From Octopus vulgaris (taxonomy: Eukaryota): a stretch of 64,000 bases of DNA. Below are positions 62,925 to 64,000 of the stretch, in pieces. The number at the start of each line of letters is the position of its first letter. The first letter of the stretch is position 1. The stretch covers positions 20,708,001 to 20,772,000 of the forward strand of contig OX597841.1 of the NCBI GenBank assembly GCA_951406725.2. Reading direction: 5' to 3'. Made by a program: the position numbers and the translations under genes. The notes under the pieces were generated by a model, which worked only from the letters and a program-made list of their open reading frames with translations, was not told the origin of the DNA and searched no databases.

Positions 62925-64000
62925 TTATTTATTTATATATGTGTATATGTCTGTGTTTGTCCCCCAACATCGCTTGCTGGTGTGTTTATGTCCCCGTCAG
63001 TTAGTGGTTCGGCAAAAGAGACCGATAGAATAAGTACAAAAAATAAGTCCTGGGGTCAGTTTCTTCGACTAAAGGCAGTGCTCCAGCATGGCTGCAGTCA
63101 AATGACTGAAACAAGTAAAAGAGCAAAAGAGTAATCTGAAGATAAGCATTACTACTATCTCCTTATACCCAGCTACTATATAAAAATTGAGCTCTGATAA
63201 CTCCCTTGAATCAAGTGTTTATTTACTAAACATTGATTTTTCAACATGATTTTTAAGGCTGCTGTATTGGAGTTTTTTGGGGTTTTTTTCATGGAGTGCA
63301 TGAGTTCCCCTTTTAACCCTTTTGTTGCTATATTTCTAATGCAATACACTGCTTTTGTTTCAAATAATTTTCTTTTGAAAATGATGAAGAATTTAGTTAA
63401 AATAACTGATATTATCAAATAGGTGTTTCAAAACAACCTGAATGAAGCTGTAAAGTATTATGAAGGGTACCCATGTGTAGAATCTAGAGCAAAGCAGCAT
63501 GATGCAGTCCTTGGACCCATCAGATCCTGTCAAACTGTCCAACCTATGCCAGCATAGAGTATGAACTTTAAATGATGATTATAATAATGAGTGTTGATAA
63601 TTGAGTCGTTAAATTTTTCTTGATATTGGTTTCAAATTTTGACACAGGTTAGCAGTTTCAGGAGAAGGGATCAGTTGATTATATCAACCCCAGTGCTCAG
63701 CTGGTACTTATTTTATCAACCCCAAATGATGAAAACAAAGTCAACCTTGGCAGAACTTGAATTAAAGATGTAAAGATAGATGAAATGCTGCTAAGTGTTT
63801 TGCTCACCATGCTAACGATTACCCAGCACTGGTATCACAGCCGCAATTTCCATTGATGTTGATCGACTTCGATTTTGGTTCTGCTTTCTGATATCTGATT
63901 TGATTTTGATTTTGATTTTTTGATTTTTTGACTTTTTTGATTTGTTGATTTTCACTTGCCTCAACGGGTCTTCACAAGTGGAGTTTTGTGTCCCAAGAAG

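Overview
AT-rich, repeat-dense eukaryotic DNA. The SINE/RTE/Penelope repertoire and dense (TA)n/(CA)n microsatellites suggest an octopus (coleoid cephalopod) genome; this is inference. The only host gene I can support is a + strand Golgi alpha-mannosidase II (GH38, MAN2A1/MAN2A2-like). It has four phase-compatible internal exons (18684-18992, 28455-28602, 37180-37351, 48582-48709); I found neither the first exon nor the exons after these in the window. The rest is intron filled with decayed mobile DNA: RTE and RLE-type LINEs, a Gypsy pol remnant, Penelope-like elements (PLEs), Tc1/mariner, piggyBac, Helitrons, tRNA-headed SINEs, a 14-bp minisatellite and microsatellites. The most notable signal, invisible in the ORF track, is about ten type I hammerhead ribozyme motifs, most with palindromic stem III. 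They lie in PLE pseudo-LTRs and in small non-coding terminally repeated (retrozyme-like) units. One carries the compensatory U3-A8 core, and several are sense to the host gene. Also noted: an RTE-tailed element with tandem 290-bp YY1/ETS-bearing monomers, a minisatellite born inside a SINE, a fold-back mariner next to an exon, and multi-level nested insertions. All structures were read by eye; no searches or folding were run.
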